64,000 nt of DNA from Eledone cirrhosa (taxonomy: Eukaryota): NCBI GenBank assembly GCA_964016885.1, contig OZ024758.1:29326001-29390000 (forward strand). Reading direction: 5' to 3'. The notes beneath the pieces were generated by a model. The model did not search any database. It was not told the origin of the DNA and saw only the letters and a list, made by a program, of their open reading frames with translations. Below, piece after piece: positions 48,623 to 60,716 of this stretch (position 1 is its first letter; every line of letters begins with the position of its first letter). A program made the translations under genes and the position numbers.

Positions 48623-50729
48623 CTGTTAGAGGAGGAAAAAAAAAAAATATATATATATATATATGAAAAGACAGTAACATATTATTTAAGTATATCAGTG
48701 TTTACTGTGAAGGTGGATTTATGTTAGTTTTTACATGTCTCAGTAATTGTGTATGCTATGAGAGGGAGAGAGCGAGTGATAAATACATTCTAAAGCATGA
48801 TAATATATTGTGGAAGTATCACAACAAAAAAGCAGCCAGCACTCACTGTAAATGAGGTTGGTGTTAGGAAGGGCATCCAGCTGTAGAAACCAAGCCAGAA
48901 TCAGTTCTGTATGAGTAAGATATGGTCACCTGACTTAACATTGCCCTCAACTAATCAACTTGTCTAACCCATGCCAGCATAGAAAAATTGACGTAAAACG
49001 ATGATGAATACCAATTATTTGGATATGAGTGAAATAGTATTTGCAACATATTGTATTTTTATTTAATAATAGATAAAAGCCACCCAGTCCATACTGTAAA
49101 TGTGGTTGGTGTAAGACAGAGAGCATCCAGCTGTAGAAACCAAGCCTGAATCAGTTCTGTATGAGCAAGACATGGTCATCTGACATAATTTGACTGACAA
49201 TGGGACAACTCATTTAACTCATGTTAGCATGGAAAAATGGATGTTAAATGTTGATGATGAATAGATATCCACATAAATTTTCCTGTAGTGTATATATGGT
49301 AGCTTAAATCTTTTAATGAATTAAGATAATAAGATAAAATAGTGATTAGAGCATTGGCCTTGCAATCGAAAGGTTGTGAGTTCAATTCTCAGACTGACTG
49401 ATGTGTTGTTTCCTTGAGGAAGACACTTTATTTCACATTGCTCCAGTTTACTCAGCTGTAGAAATGAGATAGGACTGGGGTCCCTATCATTCCACTGCAA
49501 AGTGGTCGTGGAGGTGCCACGGCAAAAAAAAAGCACCCAGCACTCACTGTAAAGTGGATGTGTAGGCACCACGAAAAAAAAAGCACCCAGCACTCACTGT
49601 AAATGAGGTTGGTGTTAGGAAGGGCATCCAGCTGTAGAAATCAAGCCAGAATCAGTTCCCGTCCCACCCTTGCAAGCAGGGAAAAGCAAACGTAAAATGA
49701 TGATAATGATGGGTAAAACTTTTACTTTGTTATGTTTTATTTGACATCATTTACTCTTGGTATTTTACTACTGTGTTGTACTGGCTTTTTGAAAATGACC
49801 TGTCTTTTACTACACATCTCACATCATCATCAAGGTTTAGCGTCCGTGTTCCACGCTTGCATGGGTTTGGACGGGGGTTTTCCCACTTGAGGCAAGAGTG
49901 GTTGTCTTGCTCGCATAGGACTGTCTGGCGGGTTTTCTACAGCTGGATGCCCTTCCTAACACCAACCACATTTACAGTGTTGGGCTGGGAGGTTTTTACC
50001 GTGTTGCCTACACGGCCACATTACAGCGTGGACTGTCTGGCGGGTTTTCTACAGCTGGATGCCCTTCCTAACACCAACCACATTTACAGTGTGGGGCTGG
50101 GAGGTTTTTACCGTGTTGCCTACATGGTCACGTTACAGCGTGGACTGTGTGTTTTTTTGTCGCAACACCTACACGATCTCATTTGTTTTGGCCTGGATGT
50201 TGTGGCACCAACATAACTTTACATTGAAAGGGGCGGTGTGGATGAGGTGGGGGTGGTGGGACGGGGGTGTGTTTTGATAGAGATGCCTACTGACTGTAGT
50301 AGGAATGCTTCATATTAACTATACTAGACATGAATATATAGAAAAATATATTGTAATAGTTTTGAAGTACAAAAACATCAGAATGTTGCTGTGTATATCA
50401 TTATAGTTTAATATTAAAAGTTGTTTATTAAGACATTTGCTCATGAAATGATAAACCAATAAAATAATGGTTTCTGATTTAGGTACAAGGTTAACAATTT
50501 TGGGGGAGAGGAAAGTGTAAATCTACCCCAGTGCACTACTGGTACTTTATTTTATCAACCCTGTAAGGATGAAAGGCAAAGTTAACCGTGAGAGGATTTG
50601 AACTCAGAATGTAAAGGGCCGTAACTCTGTTACGAAGCATGGTGTCTGATACTCTACCAATACTGCCAATCCACCAATGAAATAAAGAAAAATAAAAAGG
50701 AAGAAATTAAAAATTAAAAAAAATCTTAC

Positions 50730-50816
50730 CCTGAAACCCCAAATATCTTTCACTTGGCGACAGAGGTTAAGATCTAGTTCAGAAATCAGCAAACCATCAC
50801 TGTTACGGCTAAGTCC
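50730..50816 (-). CDS. UPB1: Beta-ureidopropionase exon
   Basis: Encodes [29 protein letters not shown]. Confidence 0.95.
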
Positions 50817-51570
50817 CTGATATTGAAGAAAGAAAATAAGATGAAGGAAAATACATTTTAACTAAATTAACTTACTCTCAGGTCCCAATAAGGGGTTGGA
50901 AAAAAAAAAAAAAAAAAATCGATAATTTTTCTAGGCTGTCTCCATTGAATTAAAAAAAAACAGAATTAGTCATTTAGTTTACATATTGAGACTCCAACCC
51001 ACCCTGCTTATTTTATAACATGTAGGATTTCTAGTAATGTACTTCTTTTGTCATGTATGTTTTTTTAATTTATTGTATAAAGAAAATTGTCACAGGAAAG
51101 CTACCACATAAAATAAAATTTTGCCAGAGATAGATTAGTAAAACTTAATAAAGCAGTGGTGTGTGGGGGGACAGACGACAATCAAGTCATGATTAAGTTG
51201 TTTTCACACAGTATTTAGTTTAGTGAGAAGTTCTCTTTAAAATCATTACCATTAACATGGAATCACCTAATGGATTATTGGAATTTAACCCTTTACCATT
51301 TTCATTACTCTATATTTACTATTATATTTTCATGGTAAAGGCTTTATCTTACATAATATGGAATCTATGAGATTTTAATATTATTTATTTTGAAAACAAT
51401 ACCTTAACATCAGTATGAGTGGCTGGTTACAGCTGGTTTGAACATAAAGATGTGAGAGAATTCTGGCCAGAAAAGATGAGAGAATTCTAGCCAGATCCAG
51501 CTGGTTTAAATGATAAAGGGTTAAATCATGCAATGGTTGATCTATTAATTTCCTATCAAATTTAACTTAC

Positions 51571-51611
51571 CGGAGTTCGGCTTCCATCAGGAGCTGCCAT
51601 GTAACTTGATC
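51571..51611 (-). CDS. UPB1: Beta-ureidopropionase exon
   Basis: Encodes GSSYMAAPDGSRTP, 41 nt. Confidence 0.94.
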
Positions 51612-52387
51612 CTGAAATAGAAAAAAAAAATATATGTATATATCATCATCATCATTTTACGTCCGCTTTTATATATGTTTAATTATTTAACCCTTTAATG
51701 ACCACACTTTTAATGAAATACATTCTATTTTAATTAATTAATGAAGAATTTTGAGGGATTTACTACAATTATTAATTATTTCATTACTAAGATAGTAACT
51801 TAATGTAGGGTTCTTATATAAAATGATGTTGGAAGATTCTAATATAAATTGGAAACCTTTAAAATGGGTGGTTTTATTTCATAGAATCAGAGCTGGTTTT
51901 GGCAGGGTTGGTAACAAAAGGGTTAAACAATAATTGTTTCTATTTTAGGCACAAGGCCAGCAATTACCCAGTACATTACTGGTACTTTATTTTATCGACC
52001 CCGTAAGGATGAAAGGCAAAGTTAACCTCGGCGGGATTTGAACTCAGACTGTAAAGGGACATAACTGTGCTAGAAAGCATGGCGTCCAACCCTCTACCGA
52101 TACTACCAATTCACCGCCCTTAAACAGTTAAAAGGGTTAAACAATAAAGGTGGCAGAGCAGCATCTATTGATGAATTTTGTCTGAACATAAACAACTATG
52201 ATAATCTGTTTTTTTCTTCATATACTTACATACTGGTACCATGTAACCCAGTGCTTCATGGTTGAGTGGTCAGCAATTAAACCAGCTCCCTCACTAGACC
52301 CTGGTCTGGTGAGGAGGTAAGTGGAACCACAGCAGCACAAAAAACAAGAGCTGTAAAAAGGGCAGATGAACTCTTCAGAGTCAACAG

Positions 52388-52965
52388 CCATCCACCCCAA
52401 CTAAGGGTTAAATAGCTTCACCAACCCACAATTGGCCAAGCATGGTAAGTACAGCTACACTCCTGACATGACCATCCACCCCAACTATGGGTTAAATAGC
52501 TTCACCAACCCACAATTAACCACGCATGGTAAGTACAGCTACACTCCTGACATGACCATCCACCCCAACTATGGGTTAAATAGCTTCACCAACCCACAAT
52601 TAACCAAGCATGGTAAGTACAGCTACACTCCTGACATGACCATCCACCCCAACTATGGGTTAAATAGCTTCACCAACCCACAATTAACCAAGCATGGTAA
52701 GTACAGCTACACTCCTGACATGACCATCCACCCCAACTATGGGTTAAATAGCTTCACCAACCCACAATTAACCAAGCATGGTAAGTACAGCTACACTCCT
52801 GACATGACCATCCACCCCAACTATGGGTTAAATAGCTTCACCAACCCACAATTAACCAAGCATGGTAAGTACAGCTACACTCCCGACATGACCATCCACC
52901 CCAACTATGGGTTAAATAGCTTCACCAACCCATAATTAACCAAGCATGGTAAGTACAGCTACACC
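52388..52965. repeat. 84-bp minisatellite (about 6.9 copies)
   Basis: Unit CCATCCACCCCAACTATGGGTTAAATAGCTTCACCAACCCACAATTAACCAAGCATGGTAAGTACAGCTACACTCCTGACATGA. Confidence 0.95.
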
Positions 52966-53154
52966 CCAAACAAGACCAAAACCAAACAGAAAGCAGTGAA
53001 GGTCAACCAGGGAGGAGTTCCTCCAACAGGTGTGAGAAGGACCTGGATTAGATACTTACATAACCAGAAGTATGCTACAGGAAATTATATACACACAGTC
53101 TATATATTTTATATATTTGTCTAATAAAACTTCAAGCTATGTTAAACTATTATA

Positions 53155-53486
53155 GCCATGGTTTAGTGGTTAGAGCATTGGCCTTGCAATCGAAAGGTTG
53201 TGAGTTCAATTCTCAGACCGGGTGATGTGTTGTTTCCTTGAGCAAGACACTTTATTTCACATTGCTCCAGTTTACTCAGCTGTAGAAATGAGATGATAGG
53301 ACTGGGGTCCCTATCATTCCACTGTAAAGTGGTCGTGGGGGCGCCACGGAAAAAAAAAGCACCCAGCATTCACTGTAAATGAGGTTGGTGTTAGGAAGGG
53401 CATCCAGCTGTAGAAATCAAGCCAGAATCAGTTCCCGTCCCACCCTTGCAAGCAGGGAAAGCGGACGTAAAATGATGATGATGATG
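53155..53486 (+). mobile_element. tRNA-derived CORE-like SINE family B with RTE tail (representative copy). Others at about 3665-4053 -, 14250-14570 -, 30305-30633 -, 33200-33545 -, 49340-49710 +
   Basis: tRNA head (TAGTGGTTAGAGC...GAGTTCAATTC), CORE-like CCTTGAGCAAGACACTT, 3' CCCACCCTTGCAAGCAGGGAAA.CGGACGTAAAA(TGA)n. Confidence 0.85.
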
Positions 53487-53659
53487 TATATATACACATA
53501 TAGTCTATATATTTGTCTAATAAAACTTCAAGCTATGTTAAACTATTCTTTGGTATTTTCAAAATTAATTGAATCGTTGACTGAGTATTTCCATAGAAAT
53601 ATGGTTAATAAAAGAGTTGAAGGATTTAACACTAAATTTGTATTAAAATATTAACTTAC

Positions 53660-53686
53660 CATAGAAATGTCCAAAGTCTTTATGTG
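53660..53686 (-). CDS. UPB1: Beta-ureidopropionase 27-nt micro-exon
   Basis: Encodes (A)HKDFGHFY(G), with TTTCAG acceptor and GTAAG donor. Confidence 0.92.
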
Positions 53687-54227
53687 CTGAAAGACAAAAA
53701 TTAACATACAAAATCATGATTAAATAATTTTTTTTATTTACTTTGAGAAGTCCGCCATATTCCCCACTCTCCTCCACCTTCTACAAGTGGGGTGGTTGGG
53801 GAAGGAGCATAGCCAATTAATTTGACACCACTTCTAGATGTAGGACATCCTAGCCAGGACAGGGAAATATCTAGTGTTGGAGCCTAGAAAAATGCACCCA
53901 GTACACCCTGCAAGGTGGTTAGTGATAGAAAGGGCATCCAGCCATAGAAATCATTGGAGCTGGTATAATGGGTGAGAGATGAATGTCTGACTGTTTGTCA
54001 GTCCAGTATTCTCTTGTTTACTATCATTTGTACTGCTTTCTGTATGAATCAGCAACTGTTTCACATTGTAGCTTTAGCCAAGGTTCCTGATGATTTCTTA
54101 CTAATGAAACAGTTCTAGACCTGTAGAAGCCATTTCTATATATATATATATATATATAGTGAAAAATTGAACGGGAACAAAGGTTTATCAGTTTCACGCT
54201 CTTAGGAATGGGGTGGTGGTGGGGGAC

Positions 54228-54256
54228 GACGTTTCGGGCATAAGCCCTTCTTCAGG
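54228..54256 (-). ncRNA. Minimal hammerhead-ribozyme motif (Penelope-like element terminus)
   Basis: The reverse complement is CCTGAAGAAGGGCTTATGCCCGAAACGTC, i.e. CUGANGA, stem II GGGC/GCCC, GAAA, and GUC. Confidence 0.65.
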
Positions 54257-54637
54257 CGAACAGTGTGTGGGAAGAGAGTTCCAAGGGTGTGTAGGGGAGC
54301 AGGGGATAAAACAAAGAGGGTGTGATACCAGGTGGACCATAATGCACCAGAGTACTCAATACTTAGCTAGATCCGTTCGGATCTGTCGAAACGGGTGGAG
54401 CTCTGCCATCGGGAGCCTTACTTTTTTCCTATATATATAAAATCTTTTTTCAGGTTTGTATATATGAATAGACCAATAACTCCTGGTGAAGTTGTAGGGG
54501 TGAAGTTGTAGGGGTGCTGTTGTGACATATGTGTCGTTGGAAGTTTAAATCTGTTGGAGCCTGTTCCTCCCCAGGTTTGAACACAGTCAATTTCTTCCAG
54601 AAAGAGAGAGAAAGAGAGAGACAGAGAGTGAGAGTGA

Positions 54638-54673
<36 letters not shown>

Positions 54674-55088
54674 ATGTAATTTTTTTTTATCTATTTCAGA
54701 ATAATTGTTTCTACTATTGGCACAAGGCCCGAAATTACCCAGTACATTACTGGTACTTTATTTTATCGACCCCGTAAGGATGAAAGGCAAAGTTAACCTT
54801 GGCGGGATTTGAACTCAGATTGGCAAGGGCCGTAACTCTATGCGTCAAAGCATGGCGTCCGAACCTCGAAAGCCAAAATTGACCTCAGCGAGATTTGAAC
54901 ACAGACCGCAGTGAGAGTTGGAATAAATACCACAAAGCAGTCTGTCTGATGTTCAGACAACTACCAATTAACTGCCCAACACTTCAGAGATTTTTGTGCA
55001 GGTGCCCAGTGTTTGGGATCACATACGTAGCAGGGGTCAGGGTTAAAAAGGGGAAGCTATATTAAAGCCAATACTTAATTTTAAATAC

Positions 55089-55131
55089 CTGGCTTAAAAT
55101 CGCCTGATGTAAATTCATTTGGAAAGGTCTC
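55089..55131 (-). CDS. UPB1: Beta-ureidopropionase exon
   Basis: Encodes ETFPNEFTSGDFKP, 43 nt, phase 0 to 1. Confidence 0.93.
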
Positions 55132-56516
55132 CTACAAAATAAACAAAATAGGAAAATATAAGAAAAATATAGTGATAGTATTTGAAGTATTGAACAACTC
55201 ACCCGTAACATAATTCAGATTGAAATACAAACAGTTTTAAATTTTATACATTGTATTTATCATTAGTTTTAGGTTATTCTTTCCCCCCTCATGCTGGCAT
55301 GGATTGAACAAAACGTTTTGAGGCAAAATTCTATGGCTAGTTGCCATAGTATCTAGAATAAGGACGGGTTGGAAGAAGTTTAGGGAGCTGCTTCCTTTGT
55401 TGACAAAGGGTTTCTCCCTGCGTACGAAAGGATGGTTATATGATGCCTGTGTGAGATGCGCGATGCTGCATGGTGGTGAGACATGGGCAGCAACTGTGGA
55501 GGATATGCGATGGCTGGAGAGAAATGAAGCAAGTGTGCAATGTTGATGTGTGTGAACGACCAAGCATAGACGAGTTAAGAAAGAAACTGGGTATAAGAGG
55601 GATAAGTTGTGGTGTGTAGGAGAGAAGGCTGAGATGGTATGGACATGTGATGCGCATGGAGGATGACAGCTGGGTAAAGAAGTGCCAAGAAATCCCAGTA
55701 GAAGGAAGACGCAGTAGAGGAAGACCACATGAAACATGGGCGGAGGTGGTGAGAGCAGACCTCAGATTGCTGAAACTCACCAAGGAGACAAGGAGATGAC
55801 GAAGGACCGTGACAAGTGGAGTGATGCTGTGCTGAATAGGTTCCATCCAACCCTTGCAAGCAGGGAAAAGCGGACATAAAAATGATGATGATGATGATGT
55901 CAATCTTCAATTGTTTGTTAAATAAAGTAGATATCTTCATATACTAAATGACTTTTGGTCATGTAGGATGTAAATAACATCACTACTTGCACTAGTAATA
56001 TTCAAATGAGAGAGAAGACTTCGTACAGTTTTTGTCAACCAAATTCACTCATAAAACATCGGCCGACTTGATGCTATAGTAGAAAATACTTTCAGTTAAA
56101 TATACGAGACCAATGTTTAATTACTAAATCTAATATTGTCATGTATTGATGAGATTTCAGTTGAACGTCCGAGTTTAAAATTGAACACTTTAACAGAGCA
56201 AATTGGTGTTTAACCCTTTAGCATTTAAACTGGCTGTATCTGGCCAGAATTCTCTCACCTCTTTCTGTTCAAACTGGACATAACCGGCCAATCATACTGA
56301 CGTTAAGGTATTCTTCTCAAAATAAAGAATAGCATCATCAAAATCCTGTAGATTCCATTTTGAGATAATTATGTGAGGTAAATCCTTTACCACGAAAATA
56401 TTATAGTAAATAGAGAGTAATGTAAATGGTAAAAGATCTAACAACATATGAATAATCAGAGAGAAATATCGATGATGAACTGGGAGGGAAAAAAAATGAA
56501 TCAAGCTCAGACTTAC

Positions 56517-56598
56517 CGTCCCAACACGGTTAATGCCACAAGTAAAGTAGCTGTTAGCAATTGCAGCATTTCTAGCTTCAATAGGCCATAAAGGTTCA
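56517..56598 (-). CDS. UPB1: Beta-ureidopropionase exon
   Basis: Encodes [28 protein letters not shown]. Confidence 0.97.
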
Positions 56599-57121
56599 CT
56601 ATAAAGTAAGAAAAATAGAAGTTGTATACAGCTATTGCATTTGATAATCTTAGAAGAGTTATTTCTAATCACTTGAATAACTACTCATACATTTGAAGTA
56701 TAATCCTGTCATATTTCTGATAAAATACATTGTATTCGAATTAATCAATGAAGAATTTGGATATATTAGAATTATTTAAATCATTAAACCTATAGTCATG
56801 AAACGTATCTTTCTTAGACAATCAATATCCAACATGAGAGGAGAAACCAGATAGAGTTCTCCATTTTTTACTCTCTGTCGCCAAGATATGTTCAAAGTGT
56901 GTTTCAATTCAAAAGTCTTGTGTAACATCCATTTAGTCTTTTTTCAAGGGTTTTATTAAGCATCAATGCTTCCTCCCTATGGAGTAACACACTTTCAACT
57001 GTGGCTTTGAAGAACATTTGGTTTGGTCTCCTCGAGAGAGATGATGTTGGTTTTAGGCCGGTTGGTACAGAAAGGGTTAAAATGATATGGGTACATTGAG
57101 TGTCAACAAATCTAAATTTAC

Positions 57122-57236
57122 CTCAATGATCCAACGGTAGCAGATGGATTAAAAACTATTTCAGCTCCGTTCACACCATACATCATCCAATTCTGGGGGT
57201 GATGGCGACCATAGCAAATATTCACAGCTATTTTAC
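57122..57236 (-). CDS. UPB1: Beta-ureidopropionase exon (catalytic Cys)
   Basis: Encodes [38 protein letters not shown], including the nitrilase-family nucleophile motif. Confidence 0.97.
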
Positions 57237-58964
57237 CTTCAAATAACAAAACAAAAAAGCACATATATTATCATTGTTTCTAGGTCTGTTTATCTATGAC
57301 AACCTCCCTAGTGCTGGTGCTACTATAAAATGCACTTGGTGGAGTGTAGGAACATAAGTGATATGTGGGCTCTAGGTGGAGTGCTGGAAAATATGTAAAT
57401 GAGATGCATACCACCCCCAGTCCATGTGAGAGATCAATAGCTCTGCTTGAATACTGGTTCAGTCTGTGATGACAGATCCAACTCTTGTTAGCAGGGAAAA
57501 CAGACGTTAAATGATGATGAAGAGCAAAACATAATCTTAGTTGTAAGGTTTAATGGGTTTTCAATATTTTAAGTAAACATGAAAATTCTTGCATTATTTA
57601 ACTCTTTAGCATTTCCATTACTCTATATATACTATTGTATTTTTACAGAAAAGGCTTTATCTCTTTATCTCACATAATATCGAATCTGAGATGACCGGTT
57701 TGAGAATTCTAGCTGGATATGGCTAGTTTAGATGCTAAAGGGTTAAAGATGTATTACTTCATGGAATGTACTTTCCCAATAAGGTTTCTATAGCTTGATG
57801 TCCTTCCTAATTCAAATCACTTCATAGTATGTAGATATTAACTAATATGTATTTACTCAGGCATGTTTTTCACTTCTTTATATTGTATATATATTTGGAT
57901 GTGGGATATTTGAAGTCAACTGGTGAAGCATAGTGGACGCAAAGTGAAAATATGTGTGTATACACTGAAATATGTATGTATGGTCCTATAACTCCCGATA
58001 GAGTCGTAGGGGCACTGCATTGACAGAGAGTTTCTTGGGCATTTTAAGCCTGGCAGAGCCTATTCCTCTCCAGGCCTGAGTAGAGCAGATTTCTTCCAGA
58101 GAAAGTGAGCGACATGAAATGAGAAAGAGATATAGAGGAAGAATCTACCCCAGTACTTGACTGGGGCATTTTTTATCGATCTCGAAAGGATGAAAGGTAA
58201 AGTTGACCTCGGCAGGATTTGACCTCAGAGAGCAGAGAGCCGGAACGAATACCATAAAGCATTCTATCCGACATTCTAACAACTCACCACGCTGAAATAT
58301 AAAGGGTTGTAATTCACGTAGGTTGTAGCTCTAGGAGTGTCTGTACTTGTCATTTTGTCATTTATATATTTCTGTTGCTATTTATAATGGTGAACCATTC
58401 AATTCTGTAAAGATTTTTCTTTTCAATTGCTAAAAACTTTTAACTTGTGAAGAGTCAGATGATTAATAGTATGTGCGACAACCCTCCAGATTCTCTTTTA
58501 ACTCTCAATGTCCTGTACTACATGAAAAACAGTTCAATTACAGCATCACATTAAAAATAAAAATCTTTACTTTAGTTTACAGTATATTTTCACTATGATC
58601 TGTCCACTATTAACCCTTTTGTATTTAAACTGGCTGTATCCGGCCAGAATTCTCTCACCTTTTTCTGTTCAAACCGGCCACCCATACTGACATTAGGGTA
58701 TTGTTCTCAAAATAAATAATTTCATCATCAAAATCTCAAAGATTCGATATTATGTAAGATAATTGTGAGATAAAGCCTTTACCGAGAAAATACAGGAGTA
58801 GGGTAATGTAAATGCTAAAAGGTTAAAGATACTATAAACATTTCAATTAACAAACTCAGTTTTAGATATTTTCTGCTAAATCCTTAAAGGATATTAAGAG
58901 TTAAAAAAAAGAAATGCAGATAAATTTTAGTTGAACTAGAAATAAAATAACAGTAATAACTCAC

Positions 58965-59019
58965 CCCATTTTGTATCAAACACTCTGTGCCCTGTATTAC
59001 CTTCCATATAATACGTAGA
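58965..59019 (-). CDS. UPB1: Beta-ureidopropionase exon
   Basis: Encodes STYYMEGNTGHRVFDTKW, 55 nt, phase 0 to 1. Confidence 0.95.
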
Positions 59020-59090
59020 CTGTAAAAGATAACAATTATACTAAATACAAAGTAACTGCATTAATAGTATATTATTTCTGGCTGAAAACC

Positions 59091-59462
59091 TTAACCCTTT
59101 CATGTTCAAACCGGCCAAAACCAGCCAGAATTCTCTACCTCTTTCTGTTGAAACTGGCTGTAACTGACTGCTCAAACTGATGTTAAGGTATTGTTCTCAA
59201 AATAAATACTTTCAAAATCTCATAGATTCGATATTATTTGAGATATTATGTGAAATAAAGCCTTTACCATGAAAATACAATAGTATATATAAAGTAATGT
59301 AAATGTTATGTGAGATATTATGTGAGGTAAAGCCTTTACCATGAAAATACAACAGTATATATAGAGTAATGTAAATGTTATGTGAGATATTATGAGAGGT
59401 AAAGCCTTTACTGTGAAAATACAATAGTATATATAGAGTTATGTGAATGGTAAAGGGTTTAA
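59091..59462. mobile_element. piggyBac-type MITE with 3 internal units
   Basis: TTAACCCTTT ... AAAGGGTTTAA termini with the unit triplicated. Confidence 0.8.
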
Positions 59463-59474
59463 AATATGCAGTAT

Positions 59475-59758
59475 TTAACCTCTTCAGTGTCATAGATGAG
59501 ATAACTTGTTTCCAACAGTATATAACTTCATTTTACTGATGAAAACCCAGCACAGCGACTGTAGCCATGTAAAATATACACAGCAATCAACACAGCAACT
59601 GTAGCTGTGTAAAATATACACAGCAGTCAACACAGCGACTGTAGCTGTGTAAAATATACACGGCAGTCAACACAGCAACTGTAGCTGTGTAAGATATACG
59701 TGGCAGTCAACGCAGCAACTGTAGCTGTGTAAAATATACACGGCAGTCAACAGGTTAA
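59475..59758. mobile_element. Second TTAA-flanked MITE family with internal 41-bp repeats (unexpanded relative at about 31391-31629)
   Basis: TTAA-CCTCTTCA ... AACAGG-TTAA termini. Unit CACAGCAACTGTAGCTGTGTAAAATATACACGGCAGTCAA occurs about 5 times. Confidence 0.7.
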
Positions 59759-60350
59759 ATTCACCTTAGTAATAAGCATTTTGTATCTACGAACGTGGGT
59801 TTAAAAGTTCATAGGCAAACTATGAAAGGGTTATGTTAGAGCTGTGAAATCTTGCATGCATCAAGTTCAACTCTTATTAACAACTGTTGAAAAATAAACC
59901 TCATTTGGTCATTCCATGAGAGTATCTTGGTTAGCCGATGAACTTTTCAGCCGACCCTTGTATCTAGAACTTGAAATTAGCTGCTAGCTTTTACTAGTTA
60001 TAACAAATTAATGATGTAAGTAAATAAATGCTAAATTACTTAATAGTCATTTGGTTTGGTATAGTATGGTTTAGACTAGTAACTCTAGAGGGAATTGTAG
60101 GGGCACCATATTAGGGCATTTTAAAACCTGGCAGAGTCCATCTCCTCAGGCCTGAGTACAGCAGATTTATTCCAGAGAAGAATAAAGAGTGAGAGAAAGG
60201 GTGTGAGAAAGATATGGAGGAAGAATCAACTCCAGTCATCTTTTTTTATCCATCTTGAATGGATGAAAGACAAAGTTGACTTCGGTTTATTTATGCTTTA
60301 TTTTTCAATAGTCATGTTGATTCTGTATGTTATAAAATAAAAAATAATAC

Positions 60351-60427
60351 CTCATTGAAATCTCCAACTCTGGGAATATGGTTCTTCCGAGTGATTCCAA
60401 TAATATGGCCACTGTTTGAAATGATCA
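60351..60427 (-). CDS. UPB1: Beta-ureidopropionase exon (catalytic Lys)
   Basis: Encodes [26 protein letters not shown]. Confidence 0.96.
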
Positions 60428-60716
60428 CTAGCATAATTAAAACAAAAACAAACAAATTTAATCAATAAACTGTGGATCTTTCCTAGCAAATGCTTTCATT
60501 CAACATAGCAAAAACTGTATCTCAAAGATTGGCCCCCCTCTTTTCAGGGCCAGAAAATACTTCAGCCCTCATCTACTATTTACCATCTAAAATCTCAGGT
60601 GAGGCCCATAATTGAGAGCTGTTTCCACATCTAGGATGACACTGTTGCTCTACAAACTGACATCCTAGGTCACATCCAGAGAAGATCCACTCAAGTAATC
60701 AATATAAAGATGCTTA

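Noticed and set aside
52432-52935. 167-aa ORF of 28-aa repeats
   Set aside because: An 84-bp minisatellite with a non-ATG start, antisense in a UPB1 intron. Each unit has a GGTAAGT donor-like motif but there is no coherent exon structure.
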